From Antedon mediterranea (Eukaryota; Animalia; Echinodermata): a DNA stretch of 64,000 nucleotides. Both the position numbers and the translations under genes were made by a program. The stretch spans positions 5,208,001-5,272,000 of the forward strand of contig NC_092674.1 in the NCBI RefSeq assembly GCF_964355755.1. The letters run 5' to 3'. The notes beneath the pieces are model-generated. The model did no database searches, was not told where the DNA came from, and was given only the letters and a program-made list of their open reading frames with translations. Below are positions 9,801-20,100 of this stretch, piece by piece; within the stretch, counting starts at the first letter, position 1; each line of letters starts with the position of its first letter.

Positions 9801-11154
9801 TCCTCATCTACTTGCTCACTCACGCATCAATAATATCAATTAATGGTCCCCTTTTCCTTTTAAAAGTCAACGTTTCTCTACCTTAGCTTATCTTTAACCA
9901 CGCTCTTTTCTTCTACGTGACATATTTCGAATCCTCCTTCAATTCTTTGTAAGAGTCTGATGCCAATGGGTACGCCATTACCCGAATCATCTTTCATGTG
10001 CACCGGTGTACCAACATCCTATAGTAATATTATGTGTTTCCTTTGAAGCATTTTGTTATGGTTACGATAATTGAGAAATAAGTTGATATTTCTCCATGTT
10101 ACAATAAAAGGTGGGGGTAAGGGGGAGGGGGTACGCAGTGGCGTAACGGTCATTTGCGCTCAGGGTGGGTGGTGAGGTAACGTAGGCCTACCTAAAAGGT
10201 TCGAATGTATCGTTCATCCCACCTTGATGTTTAACACAATGGTCTTGCCCACAACTAACGCGTCATAAATTAAAATGCCGAGGTAAGCCTAACCTGGGAT
10301 TACTTGTGAAATCGAAACTCTGAAAAACCAGGGTATAACCAACCCGCCTACATAAAGGAAATAACTATAATTTCCGGGTTGCTATTGTTTACACAACATC
10401 GGAATTGGTAGACGAGAATGCGGAACCACTGTTTCTGCTTTTAAAATTTGGTTCCGTGCTACCCTCACATTCTAAACGCTGGCTTGACTCTTTTGATAAA
10501 TATGATAAATATATTTACTAATTAAATAAACGCGGATGTGGAGAAAGGTTCTATTACAAAATGTGTGCTGTGTAGAGGTCTATATCTTATTTGGAAAATT
10601 GGTTGCAAAAATGATTACATCATGGAAGAACATTTCCTTCCTCCATGGTTATAGCCTTGCGCGATACCGTCCATGGGAACCTAATTTTGCACTTTCAATT
10701 GATTTGGCGTTACACCTACTTAATCCTGTATGTCTAAAAACAAAATTTGAGTAGGATTACTTACCTTCATTGTCTTTTCTTCAGGCTTTTGAAATATTTC
10801 TTCGGCCAAATTGTTAAAAATTGAGAAGATACATTTTTTTGCTTTGCCTACAAATTTTCCAATCTCATCACATGCGTCCTCTCCTTGCATGATTGTCTGC
10901 TTCAACGCTTCCTCTTTAACCATTTCTCCTCCTTCTTCCTCCTCCCCTTCCTCCTCTTCCTTATTTGTATCCACATTCTGTGCAATTACCTCATTCAGTT
11001 GCTCAAACTGACCAACGTCGTCGTTCATATAGAGGTTTATCCCGTTTAAAGGACTCACGATCTCTGATATCGACCGTGACCGTTTATATAGCTGGTCACA
11101 TTCAAATCCCTGACTCGATCTTTTCATATTCATACTACAAGTGTTTCCTTCCAT
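6812..11154 (-). CDS. PDZ-domain + interleukin-1-like beta-trefoil protein (candidate invertebrate IL-1 family cytokine), 8 coding exons, 411 aa
   Basis: Exons (minus): 11154-10765, 10018-9882, 9527-9431, 9180-9102, 8554-8372, 7972-7854, 7736-7628, 6933-6812. All GT-AG, intron phases 0,2,0,1,1,0,1, total 1236 nt with no internal stop. PDZ-like part: PIGIRLLQRIEGGFEICHVEEKSVVKDKLRSGDRIVLVNEEDIVSKQTEEVLAIFMKSSLEIKIRR. C-terminus: ...QLELTVGKVSGALVPCDGRAFTMSIYPQEDDRFLIESVQYPRHYLAIDGTEVKLLKVENDRHFLTKQEATKCRIETIKSGD*. Gene structure is high confidence; family assignment is moderate. Confidence 0.8.
7036..7430. mobile_element. Tc1/mariner-like MITE (TA-CAGT...ACTG-TA) in the last intron of the IL-1-like gene
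   Basis: TACAGTATAGCTCCTC...GAGTTTCTACTGTA ends, with internal TATTAAGGGGACA motifs shared with 11723-11810, 16398-16815 and 26810-27050. Confidence 0.55.
9617..9812. repeat. (CAT)n / (ATC)n microsatellite, intronic
   Basis: About 65 imperfect CAT units between coding exons 2 and 3 of the PDZ/IL-1-like gene. Confidence 0.9.
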
Positions 11155-11689
11155 TGTTATTAAATGCTCTGTCACCGCTGTTCTGTGCCTACTCAGTTCA
11201 CGTTTAAATATGCGATTATGAAATTTTACAATAATATCGCAGATTTATAATGCTGTACGACGTGGCAAGTCCATTTTTCAAAAAGGGGTGTTGATAATTA
11301 TATTAATACTGAAATCCTTTATTAAGACGCTCTTGCGTCATATCGTAGACTTCTTTCATAAGACAAGCAGAAGTAAATGCAATATTCGTGATCAAGTTTT
11401 TTACCAAGCCTTGGTTTTACTTATCATTTTATCATCGTATCATTTTGATTACAGGTGCACTCCTCAAAACTGTCAATATTTTTATGGTGTTTAAAGTAGC
11501 CTATCATTCCCCAGCTCATACGTTCGCAGGAAAGTGTCGCGCCTGAATCGGAGTGTTCCCTGAACAGAGGTGTTCCATAGGAGGACGTAGGCTATTATAT
11601 TATAGTCTTTGCTTCAATCTTAAAGTTATGCCTAATCTGCAAATGCAATATTTAACACAAAAAAAAGAAAATTGAGTTGGAATTTTTAG

Positions 11690-12135
11690 AGTTTCACTTT
11701 TCCGTTCATATTATATGATACAACAGTATAACCTCTCATTTGGGACAAACCAATTTAAAGATACCTCTATTAAGGGGACACTTTGTAGGGTCCCGAGACG
11801 TTCTACTATATATTATAGCTTTTATACACATTTTGATATTTTTGTATAACCACTTTACCATAATGGAACAGTCCAGGGGAAAATGACAGGAATTTAGTAT
11901 TTCATCCGGGATCCTCTAGACAAAAAAACACAAAACGTCATATTTGAATGGATTAAAACGGAATTCTATTTAAGGACACAAATAATTATTGCAGACTTTA
12001 TCGACCAATTGTTCAAATAAAAATTAATTTAGGGTGGGCGTTTAAAAGGGAATTTCACTATACACATGGTGGAAGTTAATGATGACAATTCACTTTTCCA
12101 GCTTTCACTTAGTAAAACAACCTCTAGTTTCATTT
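11690..12135 (-). promoter_or_regulatory. Cluster of IRF/ISRE-like and kB-like sites upstream of the IL-1-like gene
   Basis: AGTTTCACTTTTCC at 11690-11703 (GGAAAAGTGAAACT on minus), GGGAATTTCA at 12048-12057, TTCACTTTTCCAGCTTTCACTT at 12089-12110, AGTTTCATTT near 12127. TATA-like TATTTAAA (minus) at 11203-11210. Confidence 0.4.
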
Positions 12136-12302
12136 ATTTTGTAGACATACACAAATATATATTCATTCATATTATTTAAATAAATTATAATAAAAGTTAC
12201 TGTACTATCTTTTACAATTTGGGTTAAATAAATTGCATTCCATGTGTAATAAATGAGTATAATGGGTGGGAGGAGTCTTGTATATTTGAGTTAATTTTGA
12301 TT

Positions 12303-14466
12303 TTTTTAAAATTAATACCGATTTTGGTTTTTCTCGCGAATGAGGGCCAGGGAGCGATATTTCTTTTCGTACATAAGCTATCTGGCTGGCAATCTTTCTT
12401 ATGCACGAAAAAAAATCGCCAACCACCAGTGAATGTGTAGAAGTGTATCGGACCCAGCTGTTTTGCATGGGGTGGGAATTAAGTAAAAGCAGCTGTAGTA
12501 AAAAAAAATCGAAAAATATAATAATAAACAATCAAGAAATTTCAATATTCCGAACTAAATAAATTATGTGTAAAGTGTATAAAGTTTTGTCTACACTATC
12601 AAACTTTATGTGATGTGCCCATATATGGACATGATGATGTCATATCACTACCATATTTGGGCGTATCACTACCATATTTGGGCACATCATACTTTTTTTA
12701 GTCAAACGATTACAAGGCGCGGTGCCATTCTCTCCTGAATCCGTCTTGGCACTAATTCAGCTACGGTACTGCATGCGCTGATAGAGTGTGTGCCTATAGG
12801 GTGAACTGTATTGCCGGTATCCATTGTAAAGTTAAGCATTCAATATAGCCTACCCTATAATTTAATATAATTATGTATTATGATAATCTGCGTGTTGAAC
12901 GTGATTCAAAAGGAGAGCAATATAAATAGATAAATGGAACAATATTTCAACATTTTTTTGCACACATAGGCCTATATAATAAAATGTTGACATTTCAACT
13001 TCTATCTAACATTATTTATAATATACAAGGCTGCCGCTTGTAATTTAATTTTTGAAATGTGAAATCCCCTCCTCTATCCGAAAATGTAAATTTTATTCTT
13101 TTCTTCTCTGCGCGATTTTCTTTACATTAGGAAATCTCTTTACAATAATAATAATAATAATAACAATAATAACACTAATAATAATAATAATAATAAAATT
13201 ATTAAATAGTTTATCCATCCTGTAATTGGCGAGTTACTCGCTGTTGGATGAGTAGGCCTATGAAATAAAAAAAAAAAAAAAAAAAAAAAAAAAATAATAG
13301 TTGTTATACCCTACAAAACATTTTATAATGAAAGCGGATACAGAAAATATATAAATCTTCTTTTACATTGTATCAATGCGAATCAATCAGTTTTTAAATT
13401 AATACTGATTTTGGTTTTTCTCGCGAATGAGGGCCGGGGAGCGATATTTCTTTTCGTACATAAGCTATCTGTCTGGCAATCTTTCTTATGCACGAAAAAA
13501 AAATCGCCAACCACCAGTGAATGTGTAGAAGTGTATCGGACCCAGCTGTTTTGCATGGGGTGGGAATTAAGTAAAAGCAGCTGTAGTAAAAAAAATCGAA
13601 AAATATAATAATAAACAATCAAGAAATTTCAATATTCCGAACTAAATAAATTATGTGTAAAGTGTATAAAGTTTTGTCTACACTATCAAACTTTATGTGA
13701 TGTGCTCATATATGGACATGATGATGACATATCACTACCATATTTGGGCGTATCACTACCATATTTGGGCACATCATACTTTTTTTAGTCAAACGATTAC
13801 AAGGCGCGGTGCCATTCTCTCCTGAATCCGTCTTGGCACTAATTCAGCTACGGTACTGCATGCGCTGATAGAGTGTGTGCCTATAGGGTGAACTGTATTG
13901 CCGGTATCCATTGTAAAGTTAAGCATTCAATATAGCCTACCCTATAATTTAATATAATTATGTATTATGATAATCTGCGTGTTGAACGTGATTCAAAAGG
14001 AGAGCAATATAAATAGATAAATGGAACAATATTTCAACATTTTTTTGCACACATAGGCCTATATAATAAAATGTTGACATTTCAACTTCTATCTAACATT
14101 ATTTATAATATACAAGGCTGCCGCTTGTAATTTAATTTTTGAAATGTGAAATCCCCTCCTCTATCCGAAAATGTAAATTTTATTCTTTTCTTCTCTGCGC
14201 GATTTTCTTTACATTAGGAAATCTCTTTACAATAATAATAATAATAATAACAATAATAACACTAATAATAATAATAATAATAAAATTATTAAATAGTTTA
14301 TCCATCCTGTAATTGGCGAGTTACTCGCTGTTGGATGAGTAGGCCTATGAAATAAAAAAAAAAAAAAAAAAAAAATAATAGTTGTTATACCCTACAAAAC
14401 ATTTTATAATGAAAGCGGATACAGAAAATATATAAATCTTCTTTTACATTGTATCAATGCGAATCA
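12303..14466. repeat. Near-identical direct tandem duplication of about 1.09 kb
   Basis: About 12303-13386 is repeated at about 13391-14466 (offset 1087-1088). About 5 substitutions seen, all in the left third, plus a different poly-A length. Confidence 0.95.
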
Positions 14467-14539
14467 ACAGTTAGGAATTCGATCAAAAGTATATTGTTGT
14501 TTATTTAAGGGTTGCATAAGTACGGCGTAATTCTGCGGT

Positions 14540-14862
14540 AAATCGATAAATAAAACCATCAAATCAATCGACAAATGCAAGTAATCAGAACATCAATCGA
14601 TACATTCAATCAAAACTCAATCGGAAAATTCACTCAGCAGATCAATCGATAAACTTAATCAATCCATAAATCAAATCAACTAATCAATTGATGAATTTAA
14701 TAAATTAGCAAACGCATCAATAATTAAATCAATCGGATTATTCTGTCAATTTGTTGATTGATCAATCAATCGATAAACTTAATTAGAAAATCAATCGATA
14801 AATCCAATCAATAATCATAATTGATTCAATCAGAGTAAATTAACTCTTCTCTGATTCAATCA
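14540..14862. repeat. Degenerate (ATCA/ATCG)n low-complexity repeat
   Basis: Repeated AATCAATCGAT-like units. Confidence 0.75.
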
Positions 14863-15529
14863 AAGTTTCTTGTTTCTTGCGTTGATAAAATCAGGGTAGA
14901 ATTTCACTCTGATAAAATATTATAAATAGCCAATCACACACTGTATATCTTAATCTTTCTACACTATCAAAATAGTTTGACAAAGAAAGTGTGATGTGCC
15001 CAAATACGGTAGTAACATGATCAAATAGTTTGCTAATTTAAAAAAAAAATGGTAGTGATATTACATATTCGTGTCCATATATGGGCACATCATATTTTGT
15101 TGTCACATAAAGTTTGATAGTGTAAACAGAGCTTTAAACACTATGGTGGTAGAATCAAATGAATCACTCGAAACACATAGTTATATTATTTCAATATTTA
15201 CATACATTTCACAAAAAGAATTCCCCAATACCGTGGACTTTGGACCCACGATTGTTACAAATAGACCTGAAGTTTGCATTAACTAAAAATACATTGTTTT
15301 GATAAACATATTCATATTATGTTATACTATAATTCAGTGACAGATGTAATAATATATTAGTGCTTAATTAGGTACAAATTGTAACCAATTAATCAGACCA
15401 GGGAAGTTCCCTGTTCAGACGTAACTCTAGCTTGGAGGAGGTATTGGGTTGGATCCACACCCGACGTCAGCTTCCAATATAACAACAACTATAGCTGTCA
15501 CATTTTCTGCCTGACTATAATTAAAAGGA

Positions 15530-16045
15530 ACATTAGCTATGACGAAGGAATATTGTTTTTCGAAAGCTTGTCACTTATTTTTGGCTGTTTTATTTTACCG
15601 TTTTGATTTAACTTGTACTGCCTATTTTATTTGTACATTTATAATGTATATCTCCATTGAGATCCAACCACAGATACCCACAGCATTGTCATTTTTCAGT
15701 GCTTATTTTATTTGTATCTCCCTTGAGATCCAGCCACTGATACACACAGCATTGTCATTTTTCAGTGCTTATTTTATTTGTATCTCCCTTGAGATCCAGC
15801 CACTGATACCCACAGCATTGTCATTTTTCAGTGCTTATTTTATTTGTATCTCCCTTGAGATCCAGCCACTGATACCCACAGCATTGTCATTTTTCAGTGC
15901 TTATTTTATTTGTATCTCCCTTGAGATCCAGCCACTGATACCCACAGCATTGTCATTTTTCAGTGCTTATTTTATTTTTATCTCCATTGAGATCCAACCA
16001 CTGATACCCAACATCATTGTTGTTTCTTCAATAATTTGCCTTTAG
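15530..16045 (+). mobile_element. Penelope pLTR remnant with an internal 66-bp tandem array (about 5.5 units, 15646-16011)
   Basis: The unit GTATCTCCCTTGAGATCCAGCCACTGATACCCACAGCATTGTCATTTTTCAGTGCTTATTTTATTT matches pLTR ends at 1895-1945 and 3237-3287. Hammerhead-like relic TGACGAAGGAA...TTTCGAAAGCT at about 15540-15568. Confidence 0.8.
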
Positions 16046-16397
16046 ATTTACAATAAAAGGATTCAGGAACTAAATCACATTATAGGTAATTTCATTATTG
16101 TGGATAAAAGAACAAGAATTTGGACACGCTCCAATATATACACACTTGTAATGTACAATTAATTTACACCTTTCCAGGATTCCTGTGTATTCAATGCTAA
16201 TATGTGGTTCATTAACCTGTATTTCCTTAAAAATAAAATTGCATGGATTATCATACATTGTGGTGATCCCTCGGGATGTTTAGGTTGCTACACCTGGTAC
16301 CATACAAAATGATTCTTTTTTTTTCTTGTTTTTTTGGCTGTATTTGTTAACTTTGTATGGTATTGACATAAATCAAATCACATATATTGTCTAGACA

Positions 16398-16815
16398 CAG
16401 TAGAACCCGTATTAAGGGGACACCTTCACGACCCAACAAAGTGTCATTTAAAGGGGTGTCACCTGAATAGAGGTTTACCATAGTGTTATAGCATATACTT
16501 ACCCTCCTTTGTTTCACAGGGAATAGAGGTGCCACCTGAATAGAGGTGTTCCCTGAATAGAGGTGCCACCTGAATAAAGGTGTTCCCTGAATAGAGGTGC
16601 CACCTGAATAGGTGTCCCCTGAATAGAGGTGTCATCTGAATAGAGGTGTCCCCTGAATAAAGGTTTCTCCTGAATAGGGATGTCCCCTGAATAGAGGTGT
16701 CCTCTGAATAGAGGTGTCCCCTAAATAGAGGTGTTCCCTGAATAAAGGTTTCCCCTGAATAGGGATGTCCCCTGAATAGAGGTGTCCTCTGAATAGCGAT
16801 GTCCCAAAGGAGGGG
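16398..16815. repeat. Mariner-like MITE with an expanded ~19-bp minisatellite (GGTGTCCCCTGAATAGA-type)
   Basis: CAGTAGAACC start, then about 15 tandem units at 16520-16810. The same motif occurs at 26825-27050, 29580-29615 and 61075-61185. Confidence 0.8.
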
Positions 16816-17115
16816 TTAGTTATCAGTGCAGTATGTAACCCATTAATATTATTTATTTCAACTATATTTTATGACGGTGGTCCATCCAGCCGAAGCTGAT
16901 CATTAAGGACCTTCACAAAAATACAATTTAAATATAAGTAACAAATAATAAAATTTTCATATGATAGAGGCGGAGTCTTATATAAGCATGTTCAGGTGTT
17001 GTGGAAGGTACCCTATACTTAAGCACAAGCATATCATATTCAACGGAAGAGGTGGTATTCAGTAACAGTAAAAAAAAGTATAAAAATACTGATTATGAAT
17101 ATTGTTTTTTATTTT

Positions 17116-20100
17116 TCATATGCTTTGATAGTTAACCGCATCTGATGAGTCTGTTCGCATAAGAATGCCAGGTTCATGAATCAAATCAACTATATATGCC
17201 TTTGGTGGAAAACGAGGAGCAACCCCCTGAAATAAAAATAAAAGAATACGTTTTAGACTTTATATTAACAGCTTCTTTATTTTCCAATAATTGCAGTAGA
17301 ACCCATATTAAGGCAATAAACCTAACAAATTTCCCCTTGATAGCAGTGACCCCTGAATATGGAGTTGGCCCTAGGGTTAAAACATATTTCCCCTCTTTTA
17401 TTTTTCATTTTTCAGGTGTCCCCCTTATAGAGGTGTCCCAAAGAAAGAGAATACATATATTGTGTCATATTGTGACTGTCATTACATAAATATACAAATT
17501 AGTAAATTACTGACCATCATGGAATGGTCATCAACCAGCATGACCACGTTCCATGCTCTGTTGTAGTCGCCTCTCGTCAATGTGCATGCAACTCCAATAC
17601 GATCAGCCAGGGCCTAGAAAATATGTAAATAATCATTTTTAATTTAAACGGATTTGTTGTGGTTTTGTTTAGTACTTTTACTGAATAAGATGATTGTGCC
17701 ACCACTAGATTTAAAATAAATTATTTTTACAGTAAAATCCCTTTATGGAACTATTCAAGATATACCTCTATTTCAGGGGATACTTTCTTGTGACACTACA
17801 GGGCAATATACAGGGCAATATACGTTACATATATTCTAATCAGTTTACACCGCTATTAAGACGATAATGTCCTATGAAATGACAAGTGATTGATAGAATT
17901 GATTGAATTTATTTGGTTCATACATAAAATACATTTTAAAACAGACAAATTACAAAAACATCAAATTCAAAGACAACTCCAGAAATATACAAAAAACAGA
18001 AGGAGTCAAACAATGGTAACAGAACAAATGAACCAAGGATAATTAGATAAAGTTTCACATTTTCAGTGTAACTTATTTCCATCCAAGTCCTTATGTACAT
18101 TTAGCTGAGACAAAATTTAGACATCTTTAATTACATTTATTTTAGCAATATATTAAACGCAATTACTTTAAGTGAAAATACATATAGGAAATATTATGGA
18201 AAATTCTTAAAATATTCTTTGACTTTGTCTTTAAACAACTTAGTAGAGGTTGTGGCCTTAATACAATCTGGAAGAGAATTCCAGTTTTTTATTCCGTTGT
18301 AATAGAAGCTGGTTTGTCCAACACCATTTAGGCGAGGGATTTGAAAGTTATGTTTTCTAGATCTGGTTTCATGTTTATGGGCGGTATAAGTGGTGATATA
18401 TGTCTTAGCATCACTAAGGTGTCCCTTTAATAGGGGCTCCACTGTAAACATAATGTTAACAGACATGCATGGTTTGACATTAAAGGCGTGTTCACCAACA
18501 AAAAAAAGGGTAGGATATAATATGAGGTCTGCGGTTTAAAATTACAAATCCTTATAAACATTTTACCTTGAACAGGAGAGCTCGGTGGTAGTGAATTCCG
18601 GTCGTAATCTTACCGATCGGAACCACGTTGCTCTGCAGGTCGTACTTTAGCTGACTGACAGGTAGTTCGTAACTGAAGCTCGACAACTGCCCTCTCTCAA
18701 TACTTCCGCCCATTTTATCGCTCACAAACCTAAGATCAATTTCAAACATGTACGAAATTAAATATATCATTAAAAGTTGTTGATGTACTTTATTTTTTAC
18801 TGTTTCAACAATAAAATTTGATACACCTCTTACGTCTTAATCTCTGTCTACACTATTAAACTTTATGTGACAAAAAATGTGATGTGCCCATATTTGGACA
18901 CACCACAATTTTTGTCAAATTAGTTTGATAGTGTAGACAGAACTATAGATTGTTTTCAGAATAAACTATGTTTCCTTTAAAAAAAATTGGTAATAAAATT
19001 CCTAAAATTTGCATAAATGAGTTAATTTCAATAAAGTTTACACTAGTTAAACATCATCTAACCAGGGAGTTGACAACTCCCTGATCTAACAGTGAAATAA
19101 GTTTCATTGTCATATAAGATACTATAAGATTTTAAACAACATTGGGGGGGGGGGGAGGTGTTATACTTTTGTTGGTATATATCATTATATTAAATTGAAG
19201 TGTTAAACTGAGATTTGCCCTTTCAATTAATGGATAATTGATTCATATATATATCATGACACCTTTTTGTTCAATCTCCTAATCTTGTGACTAAACCCTT
19301 TTAATAAAATGTTTTCGTAAATAGATCCTGCGGGTAGCTGTGTTTTTATGCAGCTTAGAGACATTCTTATAAAATGATGTCAAGCTATTCAAACACTGTA
19401 AGTTATTAACAGACATGAACTTTCTATTTAATACAATTTGTCAAAAAGGATTTAAACAGGACGTGTTTAATTCATTCATTGTTATATTATTAGAAGGCCG
19501 TCAAAAGGCAAGAGGAAGTAAACTGAAGAATTAAGTTTACTTAAACAATTATACTAATACTGTAGTAGTATGTACAATAATGGAACTAAACATATCACCC
19601 TCTCTAAACAGACACAAATTAATTTCGGTTCGTCAAAGGAATTTTCTTTATCAGCATTATGTGAACTTTCAATTTTCAAATCAAAAGTTAGATTTTAATC
19701 AGTATCAGAGTATTGGCACTAAACTAATAATGAAACTAGAAAATGTTGAAGAATTGTGATCTTGTTGCTCAAATCATTGAAGAATATCTGACTGCATATT
19801 TGAATTGAAAATATTTTATTTATACTGGTCGCCCACTTCAGACTGGTCTCCCAGATGGCAGAGTTATGATCAGTGGCTGTGATGTACTACAGTAGTACAC
19901 TGGGGTACTCCCCTACTCGTCTCAAAAGATGTACTAAGTTCTTTAAAGTGCATATGAGCTAGATGTGTACACTAGACCTACGGTTTATAGTCTTTATCAT
20001 GGTTGAAGAAGATGACATCACACAAAGTATAATGAAAATAAGATAAGAAAATATTCTTAAAATAATAAGAATTTTTGCACTAAAAACTGTTCAGTTTCAA

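Noticed and set aside
9579-9833. Poly-His/Ile/Ser ORF
   Set aside because: Translation of an intronic (CAT)n microsatellite.
10720-11175. ORF-track 151-aa protein as a stand-alone gene
   Set aside because: It starts at a GTG and reads through a GTAAGT donor at 10764. It is exon 1 of the 8-exon gene, with first ATG at 11154.
13198-13293. Conserved hairpin ncRNA (copies also at about 14286, 23308 and 28245)
   Set aside because: A stem-loop followed by AATAAA and poly-A in dispersed copies fits a 5'-truncated LINE 3' tail better than an RNA gene.
12205-13622. Duplicated 60-108 aa ORFs
   Set aside because: By-products of the 1.09-kb duplication, with non-ATG starts in several and a frame difference between copies.
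15539-16045. 168-aa hydrophobic repetitive ORF
   Set aside because: Artefact of a 66-bp tandem array derived from a Penelope pLTR.
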